Below, in pieces: positions 29,274 through 39,717 of a DNA stretch of 64,000 bases. The position numbers were made by a program, and so were the translations under genes. This stretch comes from Oligoflexia bacterium. GTDB taxonomy: Bacteria; Bdellovibrionota; UBA1018. Numbering within the stretch: the first letter of the stretch is position 1; each line of letters starts with the position of its first letter. The notes under the pieces are model-generated. The model was not told the DNA's origin. It saw nothing but the letters and a program-made list of their open reading frames with translations, and did not search any database. Location: assembly GCA_963758495.1 (NCBI GenBank), contig CAVWVI010000004.1, positions 471,587-535,586 of the forward strand, read 5' to 3'.

Positions 29274-30083
29274 ATGCGCATTGCTGCAATACAGATGACG
29301 ACGTCTCCGGACAAAGTTAAGAATTTAAATGAAGCCTACCGCCTTCTTCAAGAAGCTCTAGAGAGGGGCTCTGACCTCATCGCTTTTCCAGAAAACTTTT
29401 CACTCTTGACAGGCAATGGTGATCAGTTCCTGGAAGAAGCGGAAACCCTGCAAGGACTTACGGTAAGCACTCTTCAAGAATGGGCTGCGGACTTCGACGT
29501 ATGGATTCTGGGTGGCAGTATTGCTCTTAAAGCAAAATCAGATCCTAAACGAGTCACAAATACGAGTATCTTATTCTCAGACGAAGGTGATATTCATGCA
29601 CGTTACGATAAGATTCATCTATTTGATGTCAATGTAAAAAATGATCAAGTTTATGAAGAATCGAAATTAGTGACTCCCGGCAAGAAAGTTGTTGTCGCTG
29701 AAACCCCCTGGGCCATGACTGGTTTATCGATCTGTTATGACCTCAGATTTCCTGAACTCTATCGCAAGCAATCTAATGCTGAAGCAAAGATCCTTTTCAT
29801 TCCATCCGCTTTTACAAAACCCACTGGCGCTGCCCATTGGGACGTCCTCACTCGTGCCCGCGCGATTGAGAACCTCTCTTATGTCGTTGCACCTTCACAA
29901 ACTGGGACAGCATATCCGGGACGTGAGACCTATGGTCACACACGAATTGTAGATCCCTGGGGAAGAGTGATTTCGGAAAGACCTGCCGGACCCGGTATCG
30001 TTTGGGCGAGGCTTGATTTGGAAAAACTGGAAGAGACTCGAAGAAATTTTCCTGCGTTAAAAAATCGAAAATTAAGAGCGTAA
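29274..30083 (+). CDS. carbon-nitrogen hydrolase (nitrilase-superfamily amidohydrolase)
   Basis: MRIAAIQM start, catalytic Cys context GLSICYDLRFPE, 269 aa. Confidence 0.85.
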   Translation: MRIAAIQMTTSPDKVKNLNEAYRLLQEALERGSDLIAFPENFSLLTGNGDQFLEEAETLQGLTVSTLQEWAADFDVWILGGSIALKAKSDPKRVTNTSILFSDEGDIHARYDKIHLFDVNVKNDQVYEESKLVTPGKKVVVAETPWAMTGLSICYDLRFPELYRKQSNAEAKILFIPSAFTKPTGAAHWDVLTRARAIENLSYVVAPSQTGTAYPGRETYGHTRIVDPWGRVISERPAGPGIVWARLDLEKLEETRRNFPALKNRKLRA

Positions 30084-30090
30084 ATAAACC

Positions 30091-30966
30091 TTAATTTAAA
30101 GTTTTCTTTAGCTCTGTCCCTAGAGGTTGGATCAGTTTCTCTATCTTTTGAACAAAAGATACACGAACGCCTTCTTTTACGTGGGAGACGAAAATTCCTT
30201 CTGGCGCATACCAAGGTTTTTCGACTTGTACGACCAGGGATGCTTTCAATGAAAACTTCTTAGAATCAACCGAGTCTTGCGACACTTCATAGGTGTAGCG
30301 ATTCGATTTCAAATAGATTGTATTACCGCTTCCTTTTATGCTTTTGGATTCGGAATCAAGTTTAAGAAAGCTTTTTTTATCCGAGAGAAGGGTTAGGACC
30401 TGACGGATCGACACCTGATCTCCATTTTCAACAGTGGTAGCCGTCACCTTAAACCGTTTTTCAAATAAACCCTGCGGAGTCTCAGATTCTATTGTAGCGT
30501 GAATCTCGAATTCTTTAGAAATCCAGTTCAAAAAATAAGTTTCTAGTTCCGTCAAATCACCTAAATTTTCCAAAGTGATGTTACAAAGTGTGGATAAATG
30601 GACTTCAAAGTAACCTTGATCATTTTTCCGTTTTGTTCCGTCCCAATCGAAATCCTCACATTGTGACGCGAATGAAGTAGGAGTGATTGATTGACTCAAT
30701 CCAACTCCACCTAAAGTACCTCCAACAAGAGGTCGGAGGTTTCGTTTTGAATAAAATGAAGAGTGAACTGTTCTTACTCGATGACCCCAAGACCCTGCAC
30801 TAGACACAGACTGAACAGGCTGCCTCAAAAAATTCCCAAGAACCACCCTGCGAGGCGTCCGAGTTACTGAAAGAGCGCTGAGAGCCTTTCTCATAGTCCC
30901 ATGAGCTGGATTGGAGCCTAGACAAAAAACGAGGATTAAAAAAACTAGAGTCTTGATACTATCCAT
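30091..30966 (-). CDS. hypothetical exported protein
   Basis: Signal peptide MDSIKTLVFLILVFCLGSNPAHG; no recognisable motif. Confidence 0.45.
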   Translation of the reverse strand: MDSIKTLVFLILVFCLGSNPAHGTMRKALSALSVTRTPRRVVLGNFLRQPVQSVSSAGSWGHRVRTVHSSFYSKRNLRPLVGGTLGGVGLSQSITPTSFASQCEDFDWDGTKRKNDQGYFEVHLSTLCNITLENLGDLTELETYFLNWISKEFEIHATIESETPQGLFEKRFKVTATTVENGDQVSIRQVLTLLSDKKSFLKLDSESKSIKGSGNTIYLKSNRYTYEVSQDSVDSKKFSLKASLVVQVEKPWYAPEGIFVSHVKEGVRVSFVQKIEKLIQPLGTELKKTLN

Positions 30967-31043
30967 GGGGTGGGTCTTAACATAATAAATTACATATTTT
31001 ATCCAGAATTTTAAAAAATATCACAAACTAGTTTAAACTCATT

Positions 31044-32798
31044 TTAAAAATGAAAAAGCTGAGTTCCGATATCCTTATACGAAATCGGTTTAGCTAGAAT
31101 AACGGGAGGACCTTGAACAAGCCAATAAACAGGTTGAATAGAGTGAACGACCTCAAACCCATCCATTAAGTTCATTCCAATATAGAATTTTTTATTTGGA
31201 GTTAAACCATTCAAAGCACCGTATACATGTCGATTCCAACCATTGACCTCATAGCCTCCATCCACCTGAAATGGAGATACCCCAGACTTTACGATTTCAT
31301 CAAATAAACTCCATCTCACTTCATTCCATCGAAATTCATCATGAACTCCCGCTATGGAGAAAAAGCCTAGCGGCATGCATGCGATAAGAAAGGTCGCGAT
31401 TCGTGCTCTAAAGAATTGTGGTGAAATTTTCGGTAAAGATATCCATGTGATCAATGCGGGCAATAAGAATAATAACACTGGAAAATGATAACGATCATAA
31501 ACAAAATTTCCATAAACTTGAACCGTAACAAAAAAAATAATACTAGAAAGCAGCACTGAAAATGTAATCACTCCTCCATAGCTCTTTCGTTTTTTCAATA
31601 AGGCAGAAAAACTCATGGATAAAAACAAACAGGATCCAAAAATCGTCAGAGCTTCGACACATCTCCAAATCCACACTGGCCACTGGGGCCTTCCCTGTAA
31701 ATGATGTTCGTAAACATCCTCTAAAGTAATGGGTCCAATACCCGCATTATAAATAATATTACCAAGAAATGGGAACCCCTGATGAACAAATGTGTCCACA
31801 TGATAGGGTTGAAAAACTCGAGATCGATAAAAAATAAGCGCCCCTTCGAATAACAAAGTAAATAATAAAGCCGTAACCACTTTCTTACGAGAGAAGACTT
31901 GTATCGGCATCAGAAAAAAAAGAGGATAGAAATAAGCCACCGCATAGATAAGAAAAATGAATATTTCTTTAAAAAAAGTTTCTGGATTCACGCTCGTAAG
32001 ACGAGATAGTGGAATCGCAAACTCCTGCTTAAAATTTCCGGTACTTTTAGCCCAAGGGAAATAGAGTAAAATCACCCCGCTGAATATCAGTATCCCCACC
32101 AGCCACTTTAAAATGACTGCCCGATTCTCTTTCTCTTTAAAGTTAAAGCACCATCCTCGATCAAGAAGCCAAGCTCCCAATAAGGCTGGATAAACAAGCA
32201 CTGCAAACTGACGGACCCAAAAAAGCAAACCGGAGAGCACACTAACTAGGATCATTAAAAGCCAGGTGGGGTGACTTGCCTTTCCACGACACTTTGAAAA
32301 CCAAAGAACAGCAATCCACAAAGCAGGAACAAACCCATACATTTCGTTCATGAACGTCGTTGAGAGGTAAAGGAAAAGGGGGTTAACGATAAAAAGGATT
32401 AAACCCAAAGCACGAGCTAATGCCGGGGTACCCGCCAGAACCATCAATCGGTCCATGGCTCTTAAGCCTAAAATACTCATTCCGAGAGTTACACCCCGCA
32501 AGAGCTGATGAGAAAATCCAAATAGTTTAACCCACGGAAACACCCAAAGAACTTGCCCTACTAATGAGGGGGCAATGGGCGTTTCAATCCAAACCTTTCC
32601 CAGCTCGAGCAAGCGCTTTACGACGAGTGCATACTGCCAATCATCGTTTAGCGGAAAATTTCCCCACGGAGCAATCACCGCAATGATCACTAAATAAAGG
32701 ATAAAAGGGATCCACCAGTAAAGATCGAGCTTGTTATTATTGATAAAAAGACTCCTTGAAGACTGAATATAACTCGATCTTTCTTCTATTTCCAACAA
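31044..32798 (-). CDS. polytopic membrane protein, GT-C-like glycosyltransferase candidate (ArnT/PMT-like)
   Basis: 584 aa with more than 10 predicted TM helices; acidic motif FPLNDDWQY in the first extracytoplasmic loop as in GT-C enzymes. Fold assignment tentative. Confidence 0.45.
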   Translation of the reverse strand: MLEIEERSSYIQSSRSLFINNNKLDLYWWIPFILYLVIIAVIAPWGNFPLNDDWQYALVVKRLLELGKVWIETPIAPSLVGQVLWVFPWVKLFGFSHQLLRGVTLGMSILGLRAMDRLMVLAGTPALARALGLILFIVNPLFLYLSTTFMNEMYGFVPALWIAVLWFSKCRGKASHPTWLLMILVSVLSGLLFWVRQFAVLVYPALLGAWLLDRGWCFNFKEKENRAVILKWLVGILIFSGVILLYFPWAKSTGNFKQEFAIPLSRLTSVNPETFFKEIFIFLIYAVAYFYPLFFLMPIQVFSRKKVVTALLFTLLFEGALIFYRSRVFQPYHVDTFVHQGFPFLGNIIYNAGIGPITLEDVYEHHLQGRPQWPVWIWRCVEALTIFGSCLFLSMSFSALLKKRKSYGGVITFSVLLSSIIFFVTVQVYGNFVYDRYHFPVLLFLLPALITWISLPKISPQFFRARIATFLIACMPLGFFSIAGVHDEFRWNEVRWSLFDEIVKSGVSPFQVDGGYEVNGWNRHVYGALNGLTPNKKFYIGMNLMDGFEVVHSIQPVYWLVQGPPVILAKPISYKDIGTQLFHF

Positions 32799-32832
32799 TT
32801 GACTAAGTGCCTCAACAACAGTATAAAATCGT

Positions 32833-34464
32833 ATGATTCATTTAACCAACATCAGTAAACAATACGGTACCCGTGTTCTTTTCAAAGACGCCAGCTTCCA
32901 GGTTCGTCCAGGAGATAAAATAGGTTTAGTAGGGCCAAATGGAGCAGGAAAGACTACTGTATTTCGATTGATCATGAAAGAAGAAGGGGTCGATGAGGGG
33001 GATATCAACATTGCAGATAAACTCATCATTGGCTATTTTTCTCAAGATGTCGGAGAAATGCGAGGAAGATCTGCCCTCGAAGAAGTGAAAGCAGGAGCGG
33101 GCCGCATTTCCACCCTCGCCCAACAGATTGAGAAAATAGAAAAACGCTTAGAACAATCGGTAGAAAATCCTCTTTCTGATGACGATATGGCCGCACTTCT
33201 TGAGAAATACGGAGAAGCTCAGCTCGAGTTTGAACAACGAGGCGGATACGATCTCGACTCTCGAGCAAAAGCGATTTTAACAGGATTACGCATAGGTCCC
33301 GACGACTATGATCGACCGGTTGAGACCTTCAGCGGTGGATGGAAAATGCGTATTGCCTTAGCCCGAATCTTGGCGTTAAATCCTGATGTTTTACTCATTG
33401 ACGAACCTACCAATCACTTAGACTTAGAGTCTATTGTTTGGCTTGAAGAGTGGCTCGTTGCCTTTAAGGGTTCTGTCGTCATGACGAGTCACGATCGAGA
33501 TTTTATGAATCGAATCGTCTCTCGAATTGTCGAAGTAGCGAATAAGGCGATCACCACCTATAGTGGTAATTATGATTTTTACCTTAAAGAAAGAGAAATT
33601 AGAAAAACCCAACTCTTAGCCGCTCACTCAAAACAACAAGATATGCTTGCAAAGGAAGAAGAATTTATTGCTCGATTTGCGGCACGAGCCTCCCATGCAG
33701 CACAAGTTCAATCGCGAGTTAAAAAACTGGATAAAATTGATAGAATAGAAATTCCGGTTGAAGAGAAGACCATGCAGTTCGAGTTCCCTACTCCACCCAG
33801 GAGCGGGAACGATGTCGTTAAAATGCAGAATCTCAGCAAATCCTGGCCTCTCGAAAACGGATCCGAAAAACATGTCTTCAGTGGCGTGAGCGGTGTTGTT
33901 CGCCGATTAGACAAAATAGCCGTAGTCGGAGTCAATGGAGCAGGTAAATCTACTTTATTAAAAACTATTTGTGGCCAAACAGAGTCATCTACCGGAAACG
34001 TGTCTTTAGGTGCGAGTGTGCACGTTGGCTACTTTAGCCAACACTCACTTGAAGTTTTAAATCCGGAAAATACGATTTATGACGAAGTTCATAATCTTAT
34101 CCCACAGTCGACTATTGGATTTGTGAGAAATTTACTAGGTGCCTTCCTTTTTACAGGTGATGATGTTTATAAAAAAATCTCAATTCTCTCTGGCGGTGAA
34201 AAAAGTCGTGTAGTTTTAGCGACTATTCTTGCTAAACCCATGAATCTTCTGATTTTGGATGAACCTACCAACCATTTAGATATTCGGTCTCGTGAGCTTC
34301 TCTTGAAAGCCGTACAGAACTTTGACGGCACTGTTCTGATCGTAAGTCACGATAGACATTTTCTCCGATCTGTCGCCAATCGAGTTTTTGAAATGAATCA
34401 CGGCGAAATGAGAATCTATGAGGGTAATTATGAATATTATACTTCACAGAAAGAAAAAGTTTAG
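32833..34464 (+). CDS. ABC-F family ATPase (two tandem ABC domains, no membrane domain)
   Basis: Two Walker A motifs (GPNGAGKTT, GVNGAGKST), two signature motifs (FSGGWKMR, LSGGEKSR), inter-domain linker; 543 aa. Confidence 0.9.
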   Translation: MIHLTNISKQYGTRVLFKDASFQVRPGDKIGLVGPNGAGKTTVFRLIMKEEGVDEGDINIADKLIIGYFSQDVGEMRGRSALEEVKAGAGRISTLAQQIEKIEKRLEQSVENPLSDDDMAALLEKYGEAQLEFEQRGGYDLDSRAKAILTGLRIGPDDYDRPVETFSGGWKMRIALARILALNPDVLLIDEPTNHLDLESIVWLEEWLVAFKGSVVMTSHDRDFMNRIVSRIVEVANKAITTYSGNYDFYLKEREIRKTQLLAAHSKQQDMLAKEEEFIARFAARASHAAQVQSRVKKLDKIDRIEIPVEEKTMQFEFPTPPRSGNDVVKMQNLSKSWPLENGSEKHVFSGVSGVVRRLDKIAVVGVNGAGKSTLLKTICGQTESSTGNVSLGASVHVGYFSQHSLEVLNPENTIYDEVHNLIPQSTIGFVRNLLGAFLFTGDDVYKKISILSGGEKSRVVLATILAKPMNLLILDEPTNHLDIRSRELLLKAVQNFDGTVLIVSHDRHFLRSVANRVFEMNHGEMRIYEGNYEYYTSQKEKV

Positions 34465-34479
34465 CTCACGAATATTTCA

Positions 34480-35190
34480 TTATGCAAATGAATACACTTT
34501 GTAAGCACGTCGAATAACCATTTGCGCAACATTACGAACAGGAATACCGCCAGGCGTGGCGGATCTCTCAACCCCAAAATGTGCATGACCATGAAAAACT
34601 GCATCCACCGGGGCTGAATCTATGGCCTCAGCAAGAAGATAACTTCCCAAGAAAGGATAAATTTCTCTTTTTTCTCCCAAGAGCGTTCCCTCCACTGGGG
34701 AAAAATGAAGAAGCGCAAATAAATAATCCGTATTGAGTTTCTTCAAGCCTAAACGTAAAGTCTCTGCTTGAGCATGGCAATGCTTCGCAAATGACTTCAT
34801 TTCAGGCTCACCAAACTCTGTAATACAGGCCCCAAAGAACCCTCCTCCGAATCCTTTCAAGCCCATCACACCCACAGTCTCACCTCGCACTTCAATAATA
34901 GCAGATGTACCTTCCAAACCTATCACTCCGACATCTTTGAGCAGTTTTAATATCTCACTTTGGCGATTTTGATTAAAATCGTGGTTTCCTAAAACTGCCA
35001 CTACAGGGATGGGTACAAAGGAAAGATCATGAGCCAGAGCTTTAGCTTCCTCTACCGTACCTGATTGAGTTAGATCACCTGCGATCAATAATAAATCCGC
35101 TTTCTCATCTAAAACTTGAAAATAGGATCGCAACCGCTCTCTTGAGTGCTGATCATAATGAACATCTCCCACTGCAGCTACCCGAATCAC
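34480..35190 (-). CDS. calcineurin-like metallophosphoesterase
   Basis: Motifs GDVHYD, GDLTQSG, GNHDF and GHAH; 236 aa; start overlaps the upstream gene stop by 4 nt. Confidence 0.8.
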   Translation of the reverse strand: MIRVAAVGDVHYDQHSRERLRSYFQVLDEKADLLLIAGDLTQSGTVEEAKALAHDLSFVPIPVVAVLGNHDFNQNRQSEILKLLKDVGVIGLEGTSAIIEVRGETVGVMGLKGFGGGFFGACITEFGEPEMKSFAKHCHAQAETLRLGLKKLNTDYLFALLHFSPVEGTLLGEKREIYPFLGSYLLAEAIDSAPVDAVFHGHAHFGVERSATPGGIPVRNVAQMVIRRAYKVYSFA

Positions 35191-36212
35191 TTCATGTCCT
35201 CAGTTTCGGATGGCTCTGAAAAATCGAAAACTCGAATTTGATTTTCAATTGAGCTATTCGGAAAAGCTTCCTTTGCAATTTTCTCAACGGCGTCTTTACG
35301 TTCTTGTAATGGTACTTCTCCCCGTAAAAGAATCTTATTTTCTTGCTGTTCAATTTGAATATCTAACTCATTTGTTCGAGAATCTTCAGCCAATCTCTCA
35401 CGAAGATGAGCTACTGCATAGGCGCTTTGACCTTCTCGCGCGAGTAAATTCGATGGAGTCGGAGATCTTATTTGTTTACTCTTTCCTATCTCAGCCTTTC
35501 TTATTGCAGTAAGACGCTCATCTGTCACTCCGTTTGTAGGCAAAATCACTCCAGATTTATGAGTCACGTTTTCAAATATTCCGGAATAGAGCTCATGAAC
35601 TACATAGTTTGGAACCCAAATATCGTTTGATTGCGCATAAAGTAAAAGACTTAGAATTCGACGCGGAGCTCGTCTGGCTCTCCGAATTAAATAATGCCAA
35701 TCAATATTGGCATAGGATAAGAGAGCAATTGCATCATGCCAATGACCAGGTGTCAGTTCGCTGTGTGCAACGGCCTTAATAATGAGTAAATCCTCCGGCG
35801 CAACTAAGCGAAGACGCTTTCCATGAAATTCAGCTGTAATCATTCTCTGGTACATTTCTGCGTCTAAATAAATTTCCCCTTTAGATTTAAATATAATGTC
35901 TACTAAGATGTTTTTCTTAAATCCTTTATATAACCAGCTAGGATCCGTTTTTTCTGTTTTAAAGCCTTTTTTCGCGAGCGCCCTAAGAGCCAACTCCGCC
36001 TCTTCAGGTATTACAAATAAATCAATATCATGAGTAGAACGCGGTCTTCCTAATCCGCCCGATGCGATTCCTCCAATAAACATATATCGAATACCCGACT
36101 CCTCCATTGCTTCAACCGTCTCACCCAAGACCTCATTGAATCGATCTACCAGATCGGGGTCCTCGGTTGTCGATATTTCGGTTTGAGTTACAGTGTTCTT
36201 CAAGGGTTTCAT
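35187..36212 (-). CDS. pol-beta-superfamily nucleotidyltransferase-like protein with C-terminal BON domain
   Basis: NTase signature IGGIASGGLGRPRSTHDIDLFV (G[GS]...DxD); C-terminal ILLRGEVPLQERKDAVEKIAKEAFPNSSIENQIRV resembles a BON domain. Confidence 0.5.
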   Translation of the reverse strand: MKPLKNTVTQTEISTTEDPDLVDRFNEVLGETVEAMEESGIRYMFIGGIASGGLGRPRSTHDIDLFVIPEEAELALRALAKKGFKTEKTDPSWLYKGFKKNILVDIIFKSKGEIYLDAEMYQRMITAEFHGKRLRLVAPEDLLIIKAVAHSELTPGHWHDAIALLSYANIDWHYLIRRARRAPRRILSLLLYAQSNDIWVPNYVVHELYSGIFENVTHKSGVILPTNGVTDERLTAIRKAEIGKSKQIRSPTPSNLLAREGQSAYAVAHLRERLAEDSRTNELDIQIEQQENKILLRGEVPLQERKDAVEKIAKEAFPNSSIENQIRVFDFSEPSETEDMK

Positions 36213-36330
36213 GATTCAATATCCTATCAAATCCCGCGCCAGACAGCCCTGCGCCAGGGAATGCAGCTTGCACCCATAAATATTATATTAACTGAATAGA
36301 TGACGATTAAAGACCGTTTAGGGAGGAAAA

Positions 36331-36747
36331 ATGTCAAATTTTACCGAACAAGATCGAGAACCCACACACTCAACTTCGAATCCAGAAACCTCTTCTCACG
36401 AAGATCAAAAACAGCCAGAACATAAACGTGACTTGGAATCTCAGCAGCCATCCAATAAGTCTGACCTTTCTGAAAGCCCTGGGCAAGAAAACCCACCCGC
36501 CCCACCACCTGAAAGCCGTCCTATTGAACGAAATAGAGGCCATGGAAGACCAGGAGCACGGGGCACGGCTGCAATGGATCCTCAAACTCGCCAAGAAGTT
36601 GCGAGAAAAGGAGGTTTAGCTGTTTCACGAAACAAACAGCACATGGCGGAAATTGGACGAAAAGGAGGTCAAAGCGTGTCTAAGAATCGGGAACACATGG
36701 CTCAAATTGGTCGTAAGGGCGGCGCTGCCTCGAGAGGTCATCGTTAA
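36331..36747 (+). CDS. KGG-repeat general stress protein
   Basis: Three KGG repeats (ARKGGLAVSRNKQHMAEIGRKGGQSVSKNREHMAQIGRKGGAA); GGGAGG RBS before the ATG. Confidence 0.7.
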   Translation: MSNFTEQDREPTHSTSNPETSSHEDQKQPEHKRDLESQQPSNKSDLSESPGQENPPAPPPESRPIERNRGHGRPGARGTAAMDPQTRQEVARKGGLAVSRNKQHMAEIGRKGGQSVSKNREHMAQIGRKGGAASRGHR

Positions 36748-36786
36748 GCTGAGGGATTAAGCTGAGTTTTCAAGAGTAGTACCCGT

Positions 36787-37803
36787 TTGGGCATTTTTAT
36801 GCTTTTGCATCAAGAGAGGCTAATTGCTGCGATCCGTAAAACATTCACTCGTCTGATACGTTCTTACAAAAGTTTTACATCTGGTTTTCTCATTTCGAAG
36901 CAAGATAGGGCCATGCACACGCAACCTCGAAAAATTAACTGGCTGATGAGTATTCCCTTCTTTTTAGTTCATTTGTCTGTCATTGCGATTTTCTGGGTCC
37001 CCTTTCATTGGGGATTCGTGGCGCTTTGCATAGGCAGTTATTATTTGAGAATGTTTGCTATAACGGCTGGTTATCATCGATTTTTTTCACATCGATCATA
37101 TAAAATGAACCGTGTCGCTCAATTTGCTATGGCATGGCTCGGAAGCACCTCTTTACAAAAAGGGGTTCTTTGGTGGGCCGCAAACCATCGCTGGCACCAT
37201 CGTCACTCGGATCAACCGGCAGATCTTCACTCCCCCCTTCAGCATGGATTTTTATGGTCCCATGTGGGTTGGATTTTGAGTAACAGCTATGACGATACCC
37301 GCTGGGAACAAATTCAAGACCTTGCAAAATACCCAGAATTATGCTGGCTCAATCGCTTTCATTATATCCCGCCGATTCTTTATGGCGTCCTGCTTTTCGT
37401 TTGCGCTGGCTGGAGCGGCTTTGTGTGGGGATTTATTATGAGTACCGTTTTACTTTGGCACGCCACCTTTACAATTAATTCTTTAGCTCATGTATGCGGG
37501 ACGACTCGTTACTCAACAACAGATACAAGTAAAAATAACTTCTGGTTAGCATTACTGACACTCGGAGAAGGCTGGCATAATAACCACCATTGCTATATGA
37601 GCAGTGCTAATCAGGGCTTTTTCTGGTGGGAAATTGATGGTAGTTTCTACGTTCTTAAAATGCTTTCTTGGCTAGGATGGGTTTCAGATTTAAGAAAACC
37701 TCCACTCAAGCTTTTAGATGCTAAACGTTTAAAACCATTCCTTCATACCCAAATGACCAATCCACTTCCTGCAAATGAGGAACAGTGTCTTGAGCGTGCT
37801 TAA
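36787..37803 (+). CDS. membrane fatty-acid desaturase (acyl-lipid/acyl-CoA desaturase family); start uncertain
   Basis: Three His boxes (HRFFSHRS, HRWHHRHSD, HNNHHCY); homologous region starts near KINW, so ATG at 36913 may be the real start. Confidence 0.8.
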   Translation: MGIFMLLHQERLIAAIRKTFTRLIRSYKSFTSGFLISKQDRAMHTQPRKINWLMSIPFFLVHLSVIAIFWVPFHWGFVALCIGSYYLRMFAITAGYHRFFSHRSYKMNRVAQFAMAWLGSTSLQKGVLWWAANHRWHHRHSDQPADLHSPLQHGFLWSHVGWILSNSYDDTRWEQIQDLAKYPELCWLNRFHYIPPILYGVLLFVCAGWSGFVWGFIMSTVLLWHATFTINSLAHVCGTTRYSTTDTSKNNFWLALLTLGEGWHNNHHCYMSSANQGFFWWEIDGSFYVLKMLSWLGWVSDLRKPPLKLLDAKRLKPFLHTQMTNPLPANEEQCLERA

Positions 37804-38779
37804 GTTGGGTTTGATAATACCGTCTCCCTTGGGCTTCTGCCGCAGCAATCTTTTCGTCTGAAGACGCAGGGTCATGGTGCATAAAGACAACACGCTTAAT
37901 TCCTTCACGCATAGCAATATCTAAACCCAGAGAAGCCGTGGCATGACCCCAGTTTACTTTCTCAATATTTTCCATCAAGGTATATTGAGCATCAAAAATC
38001 ATCATATCAACGCCCTGATAAAGAGGAAGGTCTGGACCCAATGCTTCTCTTGTAACGCGAGTGCACTCGGTATCTACGCAATGGGAGTATACGTGACCCT
38101 CTTTTTCAATCTTAAATCCCCAACACGGATCAGGATGATCGAGTTGATAGGGCGTAATTGTAATGTCACCCAAGATCATTGGCTTGCGCGGTTCAAGCTG
38201 ATGATATTCAATTTTTGAAGGTAAATTTTCTAAGGGCACTGGAAAGAATGGTTTCTTAAATACAGCTTTAAAGATTTCCTTTAAGTCAGGCTGAACGGAA
38301 TAAACATGGATTCGATTGCCAGGAATAAAAAGGGGGGTAAAAAAAGGCAATCCGATCAGATGATCCCAATGGAAATGAGTAAAGAATATATGAACTTCAC
38401 CAGTCCCCTTGCTACAAGGGCCTTTCATTAACTCATAGCCAAGGGGTCTAATCCCACTACCGCCGTCAATAATAAATTGCTGTCGATTTGAACTCACTTC
38501 AATACAAGGTGTATTACCGCCGTACCCTCCCCATCGGTAACGCGGTTGATGAATGAGAAAATCATCTATTTCCGACTCGCCACGACCCCCAATACTCACA
38601 AAATCACTCATGAGAGATCTGATGTGATTTTGAAGGACAAGCGGTTGAAGCGGGGTTGGAAAAGATCCACGTGCACCCCAAATTTTCACTCTCAATAAAG
38701 TGCTATTTTCTACGGGGGCTTTAGGGTTCGTCATAGGTTTTATCTGCGGGTTTATCTGTGGTTTTATCTGTTGATTCAT
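37721..38779 (-). CDS. metallo-beta-lactamase-fold hydrolase
   Basis: HFHWDHLIGLPFF metal-binding motif; N-terminus encoded by three 12-nt tandem repeats (QIKPQINPQIKP). Confidence 0.75.
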   Translation of the reverse strand: MNQQIKPQINPQIKPMTNPKAPVENSTLLRVKIWGARGSFPTPLQPLVLQNHIRSLMSDFVSIGGRGESEIDDFLIHQPRYRWGGYGGNTPCIEVSSNRQQFIIDGGSGIRPLGYELMKGPCSKGTGEVHIFFTHFHWDHLIGLPFFTPLFIPGNRIHVYSVQPDLKEIFKAVFKKPFFPVPLENLPSKIEYHQLEPRKPMILGDITITPYQLDHPDPCWGFKIEKEGHVYSHCVDTECTRVTREALGPDLPLYQGVDMMIFDAQYTLMENIEKVNWGHATASLGLDIAMREGIKRVVFMHHDPASSDEKIAAAEAQGRRYYQTQLKHAQDTVPHLQEVDWSFGYEGMVLNV

Positions 38780-38826
38780 GAGTTTTACTTCCGAAAAATT
38801 AATAAAAGCATAACATTAAAATAGAC

Positions 38827-39693
38827 TTATTCTCTAAATTTCTTTTTTTGTTCTATCGCTTTATTTACCGGAAACAACTCCAATATTTTTTGACTCTCTT
38901 CTTTCACCTGCTTAAAACTCCAGCGAGGGTGTTCTGCCATAAGCTTAATCGCAACATCCGAGAGATAAATGCCCTCTACACTGTCTTTCCAAATTCGACC
39001 CGGTGCGACGGTCTTTACAATACCCCAGTCAGCATCAAAAAAATCATATTCAGTATAACGGGTCCGAGGTGTATTAACAGCAACCGGCGAGTCCTCTTCA
39101 ATGATAATCACTCCATCATTCGTCTTTAAATTTTTACTGTTTTTGAGTTTGTAGCGATAAATTTTTCGATGACTTGATGTTTTATCCGTTAAATATAAAA
39201 CCTGATAAGTAACGTTGGGTACAAAAAAGAAGGGGACGTGCTGCTCCCAATAGGTGAGGATCTTATTTTCCTGTTGGGAAACAATATGGATATCATCAAA
39301 GCCTGGAAATAGATCTTTATAATGGTTAATATCATCTAAAATCTCTTCAACTCGTCCTAAAGGAGCATTCACCCGCATGAATTGCTCCAATCCAATATAA
39401 TAAGGATTTCCTATAGTTTCAATACATTGTAACTGAACTGGATTCGGACTATTTTCTTGAGCGACAAAACTATCCTTGGGCCATACTCGGATCAAATTGA
39501 GTATGTAATTTGTATAAATACTCTCGGGGCCTTCTAATTTTTCATCTATTGAGTGCATTACGGGATGAATGCCCTTTGCTTGGGCTCCGAACGCTATCAA
39601 AAACAAAAAGCTAAGCAGTAAAAGCAATAGCTTCCTATGAAACACGAAATAATTTTGCCTTTTTGAAATTCTCCGTGCTTGAACCATATGCAC
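38827..39693 (-). CDS. hypothetical exported protein
   Basis: Signal peptide LLLLLLSFLFLIAFGAQA; 288 aa; no motif recognised. Confidence 0.45.
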   Translation of the reverse strand: MHMVQARRISKRQNYFVFHRKLLLLLLSFLFLIAFGAQAKGIHPVMHSIDEKLEGPESIYTNYILNLIRVWPKDSFVAQENSPNPVQLQCIETIGNPYYIGLEQFMRVNAPLGRVEEILDDINHYKDLFPGFDDIHIVSQQENKILTYWEQHVPFFFVPNVTYQVLYLTDKTSSHRKIYRYKLKNSKNLKTNDGVIIIEEDSPVAVNTPRTRYTEYDFFDADWGIVKTVAPGRIWKDSVEGIYLSDVAIKLMAEHPRWSFKQVKEESQKILELFPVNKAIEQKKKFRE

Positions 39694-39717
39694 CGTATAT
39701 CATAAGAATTGAATATT

